Source of the DNA: Octopus bimaculoides
Lineage: Eukaryota
DNA: 64,000 bases
Assembly (NCBI RefSeq): GCF_001194135.2
Contig: NC_068981.1
Span: forward strand, 38,415,061 to 38,479,060
Direction of reading: 5' to 3'
The translations under genes and the position numbers were made by a program. Below are positions 47,437-60,550 of the stretch, piece by piece (position 1 is the first letter of the stretch; every line of letters starts with the position of its first letter). The notes under the pieces were generated by a model. That model made no database searches. It worked only from the letters and a program-made list of their open reading frames with translations, and was not told the DNA's origin.

Positions 47437-49434
47437 TTATATATAGGTGCCAGCAAGTACCTTCTTTTAGAGCCTGAAGATGATCAAACTCTAGAGTGGA
47501 TTTGGTTGATGGAAACTGAAGAAAGCCTGTCAAATGTGAGTGAAAAATAAGTACCAGTTGAATAATGAGTGCTCTACTTTCAATACTTATCTTCTAAATA
47601 AATAAATAAAAAAACACGAGAAGAAACATTAAAAACTTTTAAATTATGCAAAAGTTTAAGAAAAAAGATGTGTGTTTATGTATATAAAGAGAAAGAGTAG
47701 GTGTCAATTGTTCATGATGCTGCCATGGTAAGATATGTATACATAAGCACATCTGCAGATAGTGGTAAAATAATTCACATACATATAAACATTTTAGAAC
47801 CTTGAATTTTAATTTCGAACTTAACCATGAATTTTAATGACCCCAATGCAAGAAATAAAAAAAAACTGTAAAATCAGTAAAATGCTTGAATTCATACCAT
47901 ATTTTTGTATCAGTAACATGTCATTTAATATTCTGCATTGTATTCATGGAAAGGATTTTTATCTCATTATCTGTGTTATTCTTCAATGTAAGGCATAGAA
48001 TGAAACTTCAAATCTATTTAGATTCAAGATCTATCAACATGTTTTGATATCTTTATATGTCATCATTGAAGGATAATACAGCTAGTGGAAGGGAAAATCT
48101 TTTCCATTGAATACAAAATTTTAACTGGATTTGAAACTTTAAAAAATGATTAATGCTACACAAAAGAAAAAGACAGGAAGAAAAAATAGAATGATATGTC
48201 ATGTGAATTACCAAAACTATTTTAACAATGATAAGGAAAAGTTAAACCTTATTCTAAACCAGGAACAAAAGTACAAAGACATCTGAGTTATACTGTCAAC
48301 CTTTAAAATTCATTCATTGACAATTTGCAGTCCATGAAACTTTATGACTTGTACGTCTATACAAAAATTACTTGAATATTTCAGTTGTGTAGCCTGTCTG
48401 ATGAAGACTCCATGTCACATGCATACTGCAACTTGAAAAGTTGCCCTTGCTTGCTTTGAGCCAACAAAATTGCAGTCTGTTTGTTTGACCTGCTAGAAAT
48501 AGCAACCTATTCTAAATAGCAAGTCACTGTCTTGAAAAGGAAGAACATGTGAGATAATGTAATCCTTGATATGTTGTATATGAAAATGAATAGACTGCTT
48601 ATCACTGGGATTTTTTTGGTTATAGTTGTACTGAACTAGAGTTGACACAAAGATTTCTAATAAGGCAAGGGAACATTAAATTTTACCTGCAACAAGGCTT
48701 AATTTTTTTTTATGACTTTTCAATTTTTACTCCTACATTTGTATGTTGCAACTTCCAAAAATTTTCTCAAAGGTGAGAGAATTTTAGAAGTATATTATCA
48801 GGAAATTGTGTAAAATATCATGGTAAAGGAATATAATAACAAATGTCTTTTTCACAAGAATAAAGTTGTTGAACTTCTGCATTTGACAAAGTAATTTAAA
48901 TATTGCACAGTAACAAAGAAACTAATTTCCTTCACTTCAAGTATGTAAAAAGAAAAAAATTGTTTCAAGAATAACTCTGAAACGTACTTTATCGGGAAGT
49001 TTTACATTTTCACAAGAAGAAAAAGTTGCTTGAAGGTAAGGCCAGGTTTAACATAGAAATCAACTGTATTTAGATTAATAATGATGTAATTTTAAATACA
49101 TATTTTCTTGTAAAAATATATTTCTTTAAAAGATAAGCTTTATTCTTGGTAACTTGGACAGTCACTTGTTAGAAGTTGATTGACAATTGACGTAGAAACA
49201 AATTATATTTGAAAGCCGTGGAAGAAGGACAGAGCCTGCAGCATGACAGTACAAAGTAAAACAAACAACTATCAATTTAAAAAGAAAACCAACTCCTTTA
49301 GAGTGAGTATGCACAAATTACCACAACAAAAATTCCCAAATGGGGACAAACAATTTAATGTTAACATGTAAATGATGAGAATCCAAATAGAGGATATTTA
49401 ATAAGCAGAGCAAGTAAGGCAAAGAAAATAATAA

Positions 49435-49620
49435 CAACTGGTGTTGGTGCGTTTATACATTTCTCATGACTAAAAGCAGTTCAGCAAAAGAAACCGATAG
49501 AATAAGTTCTCGGCTTAAAAAATAAATAAAACAAAAGTACTGACACCGACTCATTTGACTAAAAATTCTTCAAGGCAGTGCTCCAGTATTACCATAATCT
49601 AATAGAATGATAAGAAAGAT
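49435..49620 (+). mobile_element. SINE family A 3' half, lying within or just upstream of the copia remnant
   Basis: ACAACTGGTGTTGGTGCGTTTAT...CAGCAAAAGAAACCGATAGAATAAG...CAAGGCAGTGCTCCAG. Confidence 0.65.
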
Positions 49621-49742
49621 AAATATTGGTTACATTCAGGACATGGAGCATCTGAATGGCAAGCAAATGAAGATAAATAGGGGAAGTAGAGCACACTTCT
49701 TCAGAAGAAAATATAATGATTTCCTCCTCCAGCTCAAATACT

Positions 49743-50243
49743 GAGTTAGATAAGGTAAAGAAATGAAAACTTCAAAGCTGAACTGAGAATGAAGTTTATA
49801 TGCAGAAACATGATCATGGCCAACCCAAGATATCCACAAGATATATTCATACAAATAAAATATTGACTGATAAACAAATTTGTACAGAAAATCTTATGGT
49901 AGGATGTTCTCAGGATAGAGATGTTAATAATATTAAAAATTACTCTCCCACATGTTCAAGATAAGGTCCACATATAATATTAGGAATTATTATATCTAAT
50001 GCTTGGATATGCAAATCTATAGATCCTTTACAGGTGCTGGTGCCACATAAAATGCATTTGTGCTGGCGCTACATAAATGCACATAAAAAGCACCCAGCAC
50101 ACTCTGTAAAGTGGTTGGTGTTAAGAAGAGCATCCAACCATAGAAACCAATCCACAACAGATAACTGGAGTCTGAACAGCTTCTTGGCTGGCCAGCTCCT
50201 GTTAAACCATCCAACCCATGCCAGCATGGAAAACAGACATTAA

Positions 50244-50277
<34 letters not shown>

Positions 50278-50670
50278 CGATGGATATTATTAAGACTCCA
50301 TTTTTACAAAGAAAACAATTAAACAATTTAGTTTGCCTAGATTCTCCCTTATGTGGGCTATTGTACTTCCAGGTTATATAAGGAAACCTATAGATTGTGT
50401 ATTTGATTTGACTGGTCCTTCAAGATCCTGATATCTAATGATCAAGGAGAAATTAGTGAAGTTAGGAGCAGTAACCCTAAAATATGATCAAGCAATTATG
50501 GTATTATGAAAACAAACAGCATGGTGTTATTGCTACTAATGTTGATGACTTTTGCTCTGCCAATTCAAAGACATCTGAGGATTCAGGTCATAGACAGGCT
50601 TTATTTATTATCTAAAGTTATGTCTGAAGAAGTAACAGAATTTCAGATATAAATAGATATTAAAACAAGG
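49743..50670 (+). mobile_element. Ty1/copia LTR-retrotransposon reverse-transcriptase remnant, split by a nested insertion at ~50025-50281
   Basis: With frameshifts: ELDKVKK*KLQS*TENEVY...GQPKISTRYIHTNK...YSPTCSR*GPHIILGIIISNAWICKSID // DIIKTPFLQRKQL...CVFDLTGPSRS*YLMIKEKLVKLGAVTLKYDQAI..GVIATNVDDFC. Motif order matches copia RT (SPT, D.KTAFL.G, YGL..S.R.WY, D.., VDD). Confidence 0.8.
50025..50281 (+). mobile_element. Family D repeat inserted into the copia RT
   Basis: AAAAGCACCCAGCACACTCTGTAAAGTGGTTGG...CCAACCCATGCCAGCATGGAAAACAGACATTAAATGATGATG(GAT)n. Confidence 0.85.
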
Positions 50671-51487
50671 GACACATACATAATATGTCACGTTTAAATA
50701 TCTTTGCCATAGATTTGTTTTATTTGGTAAGAAAATTAGATATGTTGTACAATGTATTCAAGAGTTACTGCAATTTAAAGTGGAAATTACTATGAAATAT
50801 AATTTAGCTAAAATATTTGGTTATCTTTCATTATTTCCAACTCCTCTATCTTCATTATTTTTCTATATAAACAGAGTAAAAAACATAATCAGATATCACA
50901 CTTACCACATATTTTTTTCATTTATAAACAAATAAAATGCATAATTTGTGCATTTGTAAATATACTCTTAAAAGTGTAGTTCTCAACAAAGTTTTCACCA
51001 ACATGTAGAGATGGTTTTAAGAAAGAAAAACAAATGAAGAAATTTCAGCTAATTAATATGCATAAATAAAATATCTCTAATTCTGAAAGTAGCACACTGA
51101 TCAAACTATTTACTTATCTGATGCCATAATCATTAAGAACAACAAGTTCAATATGTAAAGTTAATTAAAAATTCAAATCTTAAATATGCAAATTAGACAT
51201 AATCATTTTTCAAATATTTTATCATGTTAAACTAGAATGATATTATATCTGTCAATATTAAGCTTCACTTTCTATAATATAGCTAACTTTTCCTGTCAAA
51301 ACTTACAAAATTCAAAAGTATCTATTTCCATAACAGTTCACGCAGCAAGAATTTTTAAATTTCTAATCATTGTAACTTCTCACTGAAGTTATTTTTGAAA
51401 ACTGGACACATGACAACAAATATAGAGAACCTTAGTAAACAGTTCCACTAAGTGCAGCACTCAAAACTATGTATGCCACTTTAGTTA

Positions 51488-52381
51488 CAGGGTGGATGGA
51501 AAGCAACTAGGCATTAGAAATTGCTTAATGAATGTTTAGTATCACTAAAGTCATAACAAAAACATTTTTAAACAGACAACACCAATAGGGGTTTCTTACT
51601 TTTTTATTGTTTTATTTCTTATTTTCTAGATGGCCAGTTGATTGACTGTTCAGGAGCAAGCTAATATAGCAGCACACTATAAAGTGTGGAATTCCCTTGT
51701 TTCGGTTCAGAGATGGTGGCATGCATGGAAAGGTAAGCATGCAACACTACATCGGGAGACAATAAAAAGTTGTCATGCAAAGCTTATGACCTCAGGCTCT
51801 GTGAACGATGCTAGAAGGAGTGGCCATCCAACCACATCCTGATCAGCGGAGAATGTGGCAACAATGCAGGTAATGTTTAATCACAGCTCACAAAAAACAA
51901 CATATCAAGCAGCTCATGAAAGTGGACTAACAAGACACACAGTACATATGGTGTTGCATAAAGAATTGAATTTTAGTACATGGAAACCATATTACATGCA
52001 GGAGCTAAAACTTGAAGACTGTGACTGCAGAAGTCCAGAACTCCAAGGAGTCCAGATCTCACCCCATGTGATTTTTACCTGTGGGGTTACACAAAAGAAG
52101 AGGTGTACAAGACAAAACCTCGCACACTGGAGGACTTGGAGACATGGATTCAGGAGGTTCTTAATGATATCCCAGATGACTTCCTTCAGAAGGTTGTTCA
52201 TTCCATTCCTGGCTGTTTGAGGAAACTGGTTAATGCTAATAGTGCTTATGTTGAAATATGAAGATTTAATTTCATTTTCCCATGTAATAAAGAACATATA
52301 TCATTTGTTTCAATAAACTTGTAAAAGGAATACAGATATTATTACCAATTTTTAATGCCTACTTACTTTTCATCCATCCTG
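51488..52381 (+). mobile_element. IS630-Tc1-mariner DNA transposon, 894-bp internal-deletion derivative (mariner/maT-like)
   Basis: TA at 51486-87 and 52382-83; 36-bp TIRs CAGGGTGGATGGAAAGCAACTAGGCATTAGAAATTG vs CAGGATGGATGAAAAGTAAGTAGGCATTAAAAATTG (reverse complement of the right end); contains transposase remnants. Confidence 0.92.
51630..52261 (+). pseudogene. Transposase pseudogene: HTH region plus C-terminus, central catalytic region deleted
   Basis: MAS*LTVQEQANIAAHYKVWNSLVSVQRWW...GSVNDARRSGHPTTS*...KELNFSTWKPYYMQELKLED, then a frameshift/deletion, then PRSPDLTPCDFYLWGYTKEEVYKTKPRTLEDL...NSAYVEI*. Confidence 0.9.
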
Positions 52382-53268
52382 TATATGAAACACATACTCA
52401 AAATTTAGGGCAACTGGTCAGTGTGTGTTCTCAGTTTAGAGAAATTTTTTTTTTTCAAGTCAGGTAAACATTGGCCAATGTGCTAATTCTTTTTCTGTTT
52501 TTAGTTTTTCTTCTTCTACATTAGCCACTGCTTTTAAAGTGAGCTATGATATGCACAAAAAATAGCATCTGTGAATAGATGACAAGAGTAAATTCTTATG
52601 TTTTCTTTTTATTCATTCATTTATTGCAAATCATCTTTTGATTTTCCCCCTCAAAAATGTGTATTTTCTATGTGTCCATGTATGTATGTGTGTGTCACAG
52701 GTTTCTCGTGCTTGAATGTGCAATGCCTATTAATAGATGCAACTGAACTATAAATGGTAACCCAAAAGAAGAGTTCAAGTAAAATCACTTCAGCTATGTC
52801 TTGAGCCACGAATGACAGTTCTTTAATACATATTAAAATCTTGTTCATATATGAAAGTGATTTCTTCTGAGCGAAATATATGGAACTATTGATTACTTCA
52901 AAAGAAATGATAATTCATAATGTTCAAACTTATCATTTATTGTTGTAATGTTTGAGATATTCAAAGATGTTGCCACTTCCAAAATTGGATTCCAGTTTAG
53001 TAAAACATCAAAAAGTTAAGAATATTAAAAGAGTGAACAGTTAAATGGTGGCTGCAATAATGAGTGTAACAGTGAAAATAATACTTGAAATAATGGTAGT
53101 AATTGTATTAAAAGTAGTATCATCTATGAAGGGAAAAGTTGTAATGATAAAATCTAAAATAACAGCGCAGTAATAATTTCCAGTGGGAACAGTAGTACTT
53201 GGAATTTGCAATGTTGGCTGTGATATTGGTTCCAATGATAATAGTAATATTGATGGTAATTTTGATAG

Positions 53269-53344
<76 letters not shown>

Positions 53345-54690
53345 TACCTACATACATGCATATGTATGATTGTATGTATATATAGTGGTGACAAGTGTTT
53401 ATCTGTAGTCATGATAGTGATGATATCTGTAGCCTTTATGTTGGTCGTGGTAGAGATAATATAGAAAAATAGAGGTAAAATCTAAGGGAAGCGAGATATG
53501 AAGTAGTGGGAGTGGTATGGGAAAAAAATATTGATTGCAACGATATATGTGTCACTGACAATGATAATACAATTGGTAATAATGGATCTATAAGCAACAG
53601 TGATGCTGATGGTATCTCTCAAAGTAATAGCTGCAACAAAAGTAGGAGGTTAGGAACAGAAAAATATGTTTTTGAATAATATGATTTCTATCAAAGCATA
53701 CTAACAAAAAGAGGGAAAGCAAGTTATAGCTAGAAAAAGAACAACTTTATTGTTTCAGACTAAGCCAAAAGTCAATATGGTTAACCCTTGTGCTACAGAA
53801 AAGGTAACTGTTGCTATTCAAATAGTAAATTCTTTCTCAGAACATTTGAATTCATACGAAGAGGTCAATGTCATTTATGTACCAAATGCTTAAAGAAAAA
53901 TTATTGGAAAAAAGTAAACGCATTTAAATCAAGTTGTTTTGTATACTATGAGACATGTATGTTTCAAGGTATTTTCCAAGGATATTGGCAAGTAAAATAT
54001 AATTAGATGTCACATAAAGCAGCCTGAAAGGAAGGTTAGATTCTACCTAGAAACTTACTTTTAAAAGGGTGGAGGAGTTATCCACAACGATTTCATTATG
54101 CTTCTGTGGAAGTTAGATAAGAAATAAGATTTTCCAGTGCATTGAAATACATTAAGTATTCATCTCATGCAGGCTCACAAAAGAATCGCATGTAAAAGAT
54201 TCTTTTATAAATATACTAAATTTACAGAGGTGAATACAGAGTATCATATAATCAACAATAAATTCTGATAGGAAAAATAGTTTTAGTTTCTCATAGCTAT
54301 ATACTTTAAATCCCTTGAGTAATAACCTAACTTAGATACATTGAACTATATTAAGTTATGTAATATGTGAGGTGCTATGCAACAATACTTGGTGAATCTA
54401 GTAGTTCAAAGGTATTGTGAGAAATAAAGATATATGACTTAAAAGATAAGGGCTTCTGGCAAAATTGTAAGCCCATCAAACTGTCATAGTCAGTGTGAAC
54501 AAATAAGAGCCAGCAATGCCATTAAGAAAGAATAAACTTTTGTCACATTAACCTCTTTTGTTACAGACTGTCACAGTACAAACAGAAACAGATCAATATC
54601 TATGCAAAAAATCTTTACAAAGAAGTTGGCAAGTTTATACTATCAAATTATAGAAATGCAATTCAGAACGGAAAACTAAGAAAATTCTAA

Positions 54691-55910
54691 CAATTTAATA
54701 ACCTAGCAACTGTCTAATTCATACTGAGAAATGAAGTTATAATTTAAACAAGGAGTCTTTCATTTGCAACTTATTTTCCAACTTACTTTAAATTTTCAAT
54801 ACTAGTCATTGCCTACAACTCAGAATTTGATTATCCTTGTCTCTTTAATGTTTTGTTTTCCAAAATATCTCAGATTATATAGCTTTGCATCATAATCACT
54901 TCAATATGATAGTTACCTACTTTGTAAGCCTTACTGCTTTCTATCATGATCATAAGCCATTATTATTATTTTAGTTTAGCCCAACTAATCTTAATATCAC
55001 TGTTTTCATTCTTTCTCTTCTAATTAACTATGCCCTCAGTATATTTACTTTATAATTATCTCTTTGGAAGAAAAGAAGTTGATAAAAAGGAAAAGAAATT
55101 ATGAACATAAAATTCATATAATCTGTTGAAAAGATTTGCCAATATTACATTTCTTTTCCACCACAACATTCAGTGTGAATATGTATCATCTACAAATATC
55201 CTCAATTGTTAGTAGCTATAATTTGTAATGTCAAATTATGGATGTAATGGTCATGTTTGATTTCTTTAGCTTTAAGAAAGTCTGATATAAATTTGCATAG
55301 CATCAATTTTATTATGCTTTTGTATCCTTTGCAACACAAGTGAAGCTAGATCATTTATCCTCTTATGATTGCAAACTATGCCTCTCCGGGCATTTAACCA
55401 AATATAACCCAAAGAGGACATTGTTATTTTCAGGGTATACTTTATATTTTAACTTTTAATTTAGCTGTTTTGAATCAAAGCAGAAAAATGATTTTCTTAC
55501 ATTTTCAGATTTAATTAACAAATTCTAGGCATTTTTCATAATTATAATGTAACAGTTGTTTACACAGAAACCTATAACACACTGATACACTAATGTGGAG
55601 CTCAGTTTCATGTAGTGTAACAATAGAAAACACCACTTCATCTACACTTCAAAAAAAAGTTCATTCAATTTAATTATCGAGCAACTGTATTATTCATGCT
55701 CAGAAATTAAGTTATAAATTAAACACAAAGTCTTTCATTTATAACCTATTTCCATCTTACATTGAATTTAAAAAAAGTAGTCACTGTTTACAACTCAATA
55801 TTTTGATTATCCACTTCTCTCTAAAGTTCAGTTTTCAAAAATATCTTTGATTAAACAGCGCTGCATCATAATCACTTCAGTTTGTTTGTTACTTCTTTGT
55901 AAGCCTTACT
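54691..55910 (+). repeat. Diverged direct duplication of ~245 bp (54691-54935 and 55666-55910)
   Basis: Colinear blocks AGCAACTGT, AAGTTATAA, AGTCTTTCATTT, TTTGATTATCC, TGCATCATAATCACTTCA and CTTTGTAAGCCTTACT at a 975-bp offset. Confidence 0.8.
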
Positions 55911-56239
55911 TACTCATCAGTTTTAGATTCCCCACTGTTTTGTTTACTGTTTGTGAGATGTAAGCCATTACATCTTTTTATATTATGATATAATCTGAAC
56001 AAGCAGATGAAATGTATCTTAATAATGGATATGGAGCAATGCAGGTGATGGGACACAAACAATCATTCCTTCATCAACAGACTGATATTCTTTCAATGTA
56101 ACTAGCTATAATTCTTCACTACTTATCATTCTTAGATATTCTTAGGGAAATCCTTTTAATTTAACAATATAAATTTCCCCATAGAGTACATTCATGAGTA
56201 AAATATATTACAGCCATTTTATACTGTCTTTCTGTCTAT

Positions 56240-56585
56240 TTACTTATTTCAGTCATTGGACTGTGGCCATGCTGGGGCACTACCTTGAAGGGTTTAGTCG
56301 AACAGATTGACCCCAGTACTTATTTTTCTTTCCTTTGATTTTTGTAAGTCTAGTTCTTATTCTATTGGTCTCTCTTGCCAGGCTACTAAGTTACAAGGAT
56401 ATGAACAAACCAAAGCACAAACACACACACAATGGGCTTTCACAGTTTCAGTCATTCACAAGATATTGGTCAGCTTGGGGTTATAGTAGAAGACATTAGC
56501 TTAAGGTACCACACACTGGGGCTGAACCTGAAATCTTGTGGTTGGAAAGTAAGTTTCTTAAACACACAGCCATACCTGTGCCTCT
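56240..56585 (-). mobile_element. SINE family A (antisense), near full length
   Basis: TTCAGTCATTGGACTGTGGCCATGCTGGGGCAC...GTTATAGTAGAAGAC...CTTAAACACACAGCCAT. Confidence 0.8.
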
Positions 56586-57544
56586 TATGGATTATTTTTC
56601 AAACCTTAAATTCAGATCTCAGAATCACATGAATGCACTAATAAAAATTTATTTTGGTGAATTAACTTTACTTTTTATATTTTACAATTGCTTTCAAAGT
56701 TGCAAATGCATCTCAGGATAAATCAGTTATTTTAAATCCTTTTGCTTCTGTTATCTTTAGGAATTCTTAATTTCAAAATTAACAGTGATTCAAAGATTTA
56801 ATAGAATATAACACTTTAATGATTTCATGAAAAAGAGAATTTGAATGAATAATGAATATCAATTTCCCAAACATTGTCTTTGATAGGAACTATTGTGTTA
56901 ATATTTCAAGAGATTGATATGATTCCTATAATAGGGCAAGCTATTTATGAAATTACTTGAGACTTTTTGAAGTATAATTAAATAGATTTAAATGACATTT
57001 GGAATCATGCAAATGAACTGAAAAGTCATTTTAAATATATGCTACCTAGAATTTTGATATATCCTGGGTATGTTTTATTCTTCATATCAACAAGATTCAG
57101 TGCACACAAGTTGAAGATTCAGGTGAATCAGGTCCTTAAAAATAGCAGAGCACTAAAGTCAGGTCAATGAAATTGTTATCGTGTACAAAACAAAATTAGA
57201 GGAACTTAAACATACATACAAAAGTAAAAATTTAACATCCTACTACTACTATCCTACCATCCTGCATTCTCTTATTATTCTGTCTCCTCCTCCTCCTCCT
57301 TCTTCTTCTCTGCCAAGAATTCATAATGATGTCGAACCAACAAGAGTAAACAAGAGAGACAGAGACAGGCAGAAATAAGGGAAATGCCCCATGCAGATAT
57401 TCTTTTAAAATGCTTTTCATTTAATTTCCAAAATTTAATTGCTTTCCATACTTACAGTTGAAAAAGTCTCAATGACTGAAACCGGTACTGAAATGTATTT
57501 TAATAAATTATTTTAGCATTTTCTACATTGACTTTTTTCCATAT

Positions 57545-57700
57545 ACTCTTTTACTTGTTTCAATCATTTGACTGGTCATGCTGCAGCACCACCTTTAGTC
57601 GAAGAAATCGACCCCAGGACTTATTCTTTATAAGCCTAGTACTCAGTCAAATCGTCCAACCCATGCTAGCATGGAAAGCGGACGTTTAACGATGATGATA
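57545..57700. mobile_element. Chimera of a family A 3' end (-) and a family D 3' end (+)
   Basis: GCAGCACCACCTTTAGTCGAAGAAATCGACCCCAGGACTTATTCTTTATAAGCCTAGTACT is joined directly to CAGTCAAATCGTCCAACCCATGCTAGCATGGAAAGCGGACG. Confidence 0.8.
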
Positions 57701-57987
57701 TAAATTATATATATATATAAATTATATATATTTACATATATATATAAATTATATATTTATATACATAAAATATATATGTACATAAATATATATATATTGT
57801 ATATACATACGTATATGTAGATAGATAGATGGATTTATATGTATATATTATATAAACAGGATGAGCCATAAGCCACCAAAACATTTGAAATTTTATATAT
57901 AATATGCTATTACACTCTTTGTGATCTGTGAAGAATGTGTTTTAATCCTGGTGAGTGACTTTTTGCCCACCTTGTGTGTATATGTGC

Positions 57988-58038
<51 letters not shown>

Positions 58039-58371
58039 GTGTGTGAGTGAGAGAGAGACAGAGAAAGAGAGAAAAAGAGAGAGGGAGATATTTATTCATG
58101 CATACAGAAATGCCTATTCCAAATATCACATTGTTATTATATTAATGTATTTCAACCTTGTGATCACTATAAGCCTTAGCACCTACAGAATTCAAGTGTG
58201 AATCATTTTGTGATTTCTGTAACTGTTAGATTACAAAATGTCATCCAAATTTTAAATGTTCACTAAATGTGGTGATATCACATTCTATTTACTCAAATTT
58301 TGGGAAGTCTCTTACAAGCTTGTCGGTTATGCTAACATAAAATAACAAATATATATATATGAACATGAAAA

Positions 58372-58775
58372 TGTACAAGCATGGCTTGCTTTGTGGTAAG
58401 ACGCTGGCTTCCCAACTACATGGTTCCAGGTTCGGTCCCACTGCGTGGCATCTAGGGTAAGTGTCTTCTACTATAGCCTCGGACCGACCAAAGCCTTGCG
58501 AGTGGATTTGGTTGTCAGAAACTGACAGAAGCTTGTAATATATGTATACATTTATGTGTGTTTTTCTATGTATCTGTGTTTGTCTCCCCACCATCACTTG
58601 ACAAACGATGTTAATGTTTACATACCTGTAACTTAGCAGTTTGGCAAAATAGACCAATAGAATAAGTATTAGGCTTACAAAGTCCTAAGGTAGATTTATT
58701 CGAGTAAAACCCTTGAAGTTGGTGCCCCAACATGGCCACAGTCAAATGAGTGAAGCGGTTAAATGAATAAAAGAA
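58372..58775 (+). mobile_element. SINE family A, near full length
   Basis: TGTGGTAAG...GGTTCGGTCCCACTGCGTGGCATCTAGGGTAAGTGTCTTCTACTATAGCCTCGGACCGACCAAAGCC...CATGGCCACAGTCAAATGAGTGAA. Confidence 0.85.
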
Positions 58776-60349
58776 TGAAGAGTAAATGTAAATTTGAATT
58801 AAAATGTTTAAATTTAGTGGGTTTGAAATATGGTCTCCTAGGTAATTACTACTACAATATGCCATGTGTTCCACAGAACCCACAGCTAGTATGAACATCA
58901 TTGATAATATTGTTGTGGTGGAGATACAGTGGCTCAACAAGAAGTGTATATATACCTACTGCAGCTGACTTATTCAATTATTTAGCTATTGTAAGGAATA
59001 TTGATTTCCTGAAAAATGACCTCTTCCTTCCAAAACCAAAGTAAAATAAACCTAACTAGTTGAACATAAGTTACAACTATTGATCTGAAATATCTTATCA
59101 GTGAAGAACATACTGTAGAAATGTCTGCTTGTAAAAGCCTATCAATCTTCCCAGAAGTGAGAAATTCCACACATATATCTTCTCTTATACAATCAACTGT
59201 CTATAACACCATAAGGACAATGTTATACCGACTGTATTGAAAGCAACTGAACCACAGTTAAGTGCTGGTCATACTGATTAGAAAACATTTTATCACAATC
59301 TTTGATTAACTTTTACATTATGCTAGTGTTAAATGATTAGACAATTCATTGATTTTCTAAGTCTAGAAATTGTTTTGGTGAATAAATCAGTATTGCTTAG
59401 CAACAATGTGTCATCAAGAACTGTTATTGACACCATTATTTCACAAACTCACATGGTTATGGAAGCAATAAAATGTATATATTTTGATAATGAGGAATAT
59501 AATTCAGCAAAACAAACCAATAATCCTTTTTATATAATAATCGTTTTTTATATGTTATAATGAATTTCAGAATTTATTCTTTTGTTTTTTCCTCTTCCCC
59601 ATAATTTTTTTTTTTACAACTGCTCTCCATATTGAAATGATTTTTCAACCCTGCAGGTGTTTAATAGGAAAACATTAAGGTAAAATGATACTTTGCCTGT
59701 TTAGCTGGAATAGATTATGTTATTTCTAAATAATTATTGATCCCATGATCTGATTAAATTGTCAAATTTTGCAGAATTACCTCTATAAAAGTTATGCATT
59801 ATAACAGAGAATCTAAATTTTCTAAAGAATTTATAAATTTGTAACAAAAACATTACCTGTAACCATTTGGCAGATGTCTGCCAAGCAATATGTGAGAAAC
59901 AGATAGAGTAAAACAACATTATTCTCTATACAGCAGTCTTTGAGATCAGGCATTATTTTTTTGTAATGCTTTATAATGATTTTCTTTAATAAGATTTTCT
60001 AATGCTAGAATTTCTTCACTCAGAAACCTGCATGTCTTTTGATTATAAAACACTTGAGTTACTGTATAAACAAAAGGGTCCATCTTGTATCAGTTAATTG
60101 TGAAAATGAAGAATTTAGGGATATATCTTTCATTATTAAGTTTGTGTCTAGAAATTAAATTCACATGAAAATTTGATTGGTTTTAATGTAGGTCATTTCA
60201 AATCTGTATCATAGAACAAGGGGCAGTTCTTGGTGGGTTGGTATCAAAAGGGTGAAGTAACTTGCTTTTTGTGTGTATGTGTATTAAGATGGACAACACA
60301 ACACTCACTCTCTCTTCTCTTTTCTCTCTCTCTCTCTGTTTTTTTCTCA

Positions 60350-60450
60350 ATTATATATTAATGTGCAAGTGGCTGAGCACTCCATTGACATGCATATCCT
60401 TAGCATAGTTCTTAGGGAGATTCAGCATGACACAGAATGTGACAAGGCAT
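60350..60450 (-). mobile_element. SINE family C fragment
   Basis: ATGTGCAAGTGGCTGAGCACTCCA...GACACAGAATGTGACAAGGC matches 21500-21590. Confidence 0.7.
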
Positions 60451-60490
60451 ATATATACATGTGTGTATATATGTATGTATGTGTGTGTGC

Positions 60491-60550
<60 letters not shown>

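Noticed and set aside
48398-48445. CTGATGA...GAAA on the + strand
   Set aside because: No stem II pairing between the motifs and no stem I or III.
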